A stretch of DNA of 19,856 nt, from assembly GCA_029856365.1 (NCBI GenBank), contig JAHQWW010000070.1, positions 1 through 19,856 of the forward strand, written 5' to 3'. Under the pieces are notes generated by a model. The model did no database searches. It saw nothing but the letters and a program-made list of their open reading frames with translations, and had not been told where the DNA came from. This document shows, in pieces, positions 17,335 through 19,856 of the stretch (position 1 is the first letter of the stretch; each line of letters begins with the position of its first letter). A program made the position numbers and the translations under genes. The stretch is from Candidatus Hodarchaeota archaeon (GTDB lineage Archaea > Asgardarchaeota > Heimdallarchaeia > Hodarchaeales > Hodarchaeaceae).

Positions 17335-17883
17335 TTAGAAAGCACTTTTTTCTGAACGTAAGAAAATTCCGATATCTACCAAATTCTGCAACCATGCATT
17401 TTTCTCTTTTGAAAAAATCTTTGCATATCCAAGTGGAATGTTGTTATCCGAAAATACCATGATAGTAGTGTTCTCTTCAAGGTGTTCTATCTGTTTCTGT
17501 AATGAAATAGTATTAATAACAATATCCTTGCCATATATAAACTTCTGTGTGTTTTTTGTGTCCAAAGAAATTCTTTTTCGTGTTAATGGGGATAATAATG
17601 TTAAAGATTCGATTCCAATAAGGAATTTCTCATGAATAAAAAAACCTAATTTAATTCGTGCATGTTCAATACTAAAACTCTTTTCAGGAAGCTTTGAGGA
17701 AAGACGTTCAAATAAAGAAATGTCTTCTTTTAAAACCAAATAAACATCATTTCTGTCCCCTTTTATTTTGATAAGCATTTTTCTTTTAAGAATAATGGTC
17801 ATAGCATCAGAGTCAAGTATTTGGTTGATTGTTGTTTCAACCTGGTTTGTTTCATCTTTTGTTAATTGTTTGAAGAGCTTCAA
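17335..17883 (-). CDS. Nip7-like PUA-domain ribosome biogenesis/RNA-binding protein
   Basis: KFIYGKDI, NIPLGYA and C-terminal LVDIGIFLRSE match the Nip7/PUA pattern; adjacent to a Nop2/RsmB gene. Confidence 0.75.
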   Translation of the reverse strand: MKLFKQLTKDETNQVETTINQILDSDAMTIILKRKMLIKIKGDRNDVYLVLKEDISLFERLSSKLPEKSFSIEHARIKLGFFIHEKFLIGIESLTLLSPLTRKRISLDTKNTQKFIYGKDIVINTISLQKQIEHLEENTTIMVFSDNNIPLGYAKIFSKEKNAWLQNLVDIGIFLRSEKSAF

Positions 17884-17887
17884 TTAA

Positions 17888-18814
17888 TCACCTTTTTTTT
17901 AAAATAGCGGTGAAAAAACCGTCATAACCGAGTTTCGGGAATATACGTTTAGTTTTCACTAATTGAGTATTGAGGGGGGTTTTCCAGTTTGTATTACTAC
18001 CAGAGGAACCAATATCAAAAGGTATAGAAAGGAGAACAACTTCATTTTTATGAAGTTCAAGGAAGTTCTCAATCTGTACTTCCCCCTCTTCAGGTTCTAG
18101 GCTACATGTAGAGTAAACAAGAGTTCCATTTGGTTTTAATTGCTCCCAAGCTTTTTCTATTAGAGCTTCTTGTTGTTTTGCAAGGCGAAAAATATCATTA
18201 AGTATTCTTGGCCTCAATCGTTTATTTTTTGTAAGTTTAAGTCCTGTTCCTGAGCAAGGTGCATCGAGAAGGATATGATCTACTTGAATGTCTAGCTTAG
18301 GGAACAAGACAGAATCAAGATTCAGAATTATAGTGTTCAAAACTCCCATTCTTATTAGATTTGCTTTTAATGCTGGTATCCGCTTGCTAGATTTTTCGAT
18401 AGCAATGATAGTTCCTCGGTTATTCATTTGTTGAGCTAAAAGACTAGTTTTTATTCCTGGAGAAGCAGTTAAATCAGCAACGATGCTGTTGGATGAGGGT
18501 TGTAGACTTAGTGGTGGGATTAAAGAGGAGAGTGCTTGAATGGAAAACATCCCAGATAAGTATTCAGGTGTTGAAACAATATTAAACGGTTCGAATGTCA
18601 CAATTAATCCGTTAAATTCATTTATCTTTTTAAATTTGAAACCATTACTTTCTAATTGAAGTACTAGATTGGGAATATTGGTTTTAAGTAGATTTGGTAC
18701 TATTATTCGTGGTTCATTTTGTCTAAGATTGTGAATAATAGATTCGGTCTGAGATTTCCCATAAAATGACTTCCATCTTTCAATAAATTCCATTGGAATA
18801 TTATTTTGACTCAT
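17888..18814 (-). CDS. RsmB/Nop2/NSUN family RNA (cytosine-C5) methyltransferase
   Basis: DLTASPGIKT (motif I), ILLDAPCSGTG (motif IV), LVYSTCSLEPEEGE (motif VI), DGFF. Confidence 0.93.
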   Translation of the reverse strand: MSQNNIPMEFIERWKSFYGKSQTESIIHNLRQNEPRIIVPNLLKTNIPNLVLQLESNGFKFKKINEFNGLIVTFEPFNIVSTPEYLSGMFSIQALSSLIPPLSLQPSSNSIVADLTASPGIKTSLLAQQMNNRGTIIAIEKSSKRIPALKANLIRMGVLNTIILNLDSVLFPKLDIQVDHILLDAPCSGTGLKLTKNKRLRPRILNDIFRLAKQQEALIEKAWEQLKPNGTLVYSTCSLEPEEGEVQIENFLELHKNEVVLLSIPFDIGSSGSNTNWKTPLNTQLVKTKRIFPKLGYDGFFTAILKKR

Positions 18815-18817
18815 GAC

Positions 18818-19399
18818 TCAGATTCCTTTCGTATTAAGTTGCTTTTCTATCAGTAATTCTAGGTACGATTTTCTTTCATCTTTTCCAGACCAAGTGGGGA
18901 TAATTTCTTGTGCAAGGTGGATGATTTTTTCTTTACTTTTGGTAATTTCCTCTGAGTGCTCTGAAGTTGTTGTAGTCTCAATCTCAAGAAATAGTCCTAA
19001 GTTTTCCACTATATCAAATGAAATTACAAAACTATTCTGTCTCCAATTTATCCTTTTCTTTTTGATTTTTGTAAATGTCTGAAATCCTAAGTTTTGTAGG
19101 ATTCTTTTTGCATTAATGATATTTGAAGCTTCGATGGTAATCTCTTCTCGGAGTTTCATATTTTCACCTTGTTTTGGCCCTTTATAGGTAATTTCGCTTT
19201 TTTCTTTTCCTGATTCAGTCAAAATATGTCGTAATCGAAGTGCTTCATCAGATTTCCGAAAATTATGGATTGGACTCGTAAAATATGTATCAATTTGAGT
19301 GATTTCCTCAGAAGGAGTACCTAACTTCTTTGACAGGAGCGTTAATACTTTTTCAATGGAATTATCTGCCTTAAGAGGAATTTTCATTTCTATTTCCAT
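18818..19399 (-). CDS. cyaB: CYTH domain protein (class IV adenylate cyclase/triphosphate tunnel enzyme, CyaB-like)
   Basis: Likely start MEIEMK (ExExK), QIDTYF, ALRLR, ITYKGPK, REE, LGLFLEIE, KSYLELL. Confidence 0.88.
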   Translation of the reverse strand: MEIEMKIPLKADNSIEKVLTLLSKKLGTPSEEITQIDTYFTSPIHNFRKSDEALRLRHILTESGKEKSEITYKGPKQGENMKLREEITIEASNIINAKRILQNLGFQTFTKIKKKRINWRQNSFVISFDIVENLGLFLEIETTTTSEHSEEITKSKEKIIHLAQEIIPTWSGKDERKSYLELLIEKQLNTKGI

Positions 19400-19528
19400 G
19401 AGACTACATCCATAAAGGATCTTAAGTACAAGGCATTTATTCAACGAAAAACTAGCAAGTATTTTTATACGACTTTGCTTTAGAAATCCCTAGATAAGTC
19501 GAGGAATGTATTTTCATAAGGATGCTTT

Positions 19529-19856
19529 ATGTCACCGCCTAACCAGTCTACTAAAAAGAAAAGCACAAAATCTGACGTTAAAGACCTCCCACAACCTCCC
19601 TCGGTGTTAGACCAAGAAATCTCCTCGCTTTCTGCTCCCCGTGTACAATCACTAGATATTTTAACACGTCCTCCTTTTCCTGAATCTCCACCAAAACCAT
19701 CTGTTCGGGATCAAGATTCCATTGTTATCCAAGACAACTTAACAAGTGATATACTTAACGAATTACGTGAGGGGGAATTTGGATCTTTCCTCCAGCAGGT
19801 TCCAGAAAAACGTCCGTTAACTCTAGATGAGATAGAAGGGCCTCGATCTTTAGCTG
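19529..19856 (+). CDS. hypothetical protein with Pro/Ser-rich disordered N-terminus (runs off window end)
   Basis: Open frame from ATG 19529 to the end: MSPPNQSTKKKSTKSDVKDLPQPPSVLD...TRPPFPESPPKPSV...EIEGPRSLA. Confidence 0.7.
   Translation, partial: MSPPNQSTKKKSTKSDVKDLPQPPSVLDQEISSLSAPRVQSLDILTRPPFPESPPKPSVRDQDSIVIQDNLTSDILNELREGEFGSFLQQVPEKRPLTLDEIEGPRSLA

Noticed and set aside
1509-19082. Short antisense ORFs 1509-1733, 8437-8814, 13748-14023, 14345-14566, 16320-16556, 16956-17171, 17438-17635, 18813-19082
   Set aside because: They overlap better-supported genes on the opposite strand and have no motifs

Overview
AT-rich archaeal DNA. The TATA/BRE-type promoters, PGF-CTERM-like sorting signals and the Nip7-like + Nop2/RsmB + CYTH cluster support an archaeal origin; an Asgard/Heimdallarchaeia-like origin is inference only. 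The left ~13 kb is a decaying accessory region. It holds a wHTH + AbiEii-like nucleotidyltransferase pair (type IV TA-like), a damaged DUF3267-like gene, an ABC-2 exporter, a wHTH + HEXXH peptidase pair, a NosD-like beta-helix surface protein, membrane proteins and several pseudogenes. It is interspersed with five same-orientation copies or fragments of a GC-rich structured repeat, each downstream of a + strand stop codon. Two of these copies bracket an orphan 3' fragment encoding a PGF-CTERM-like anchor. The right ~7 kb looks like core genome: a ClC-CBS transporter, an uncharacterised two-gene operon (wHTH/coiled-coil/RHH-like protein + double Zn-finger/polyproline protein), Nip7-like PUA, m5C methyltransferase, CYTH protein, and a Pro-rich ORF running off the window end. 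All family calls come from motif reading by eye; no database searches were run.
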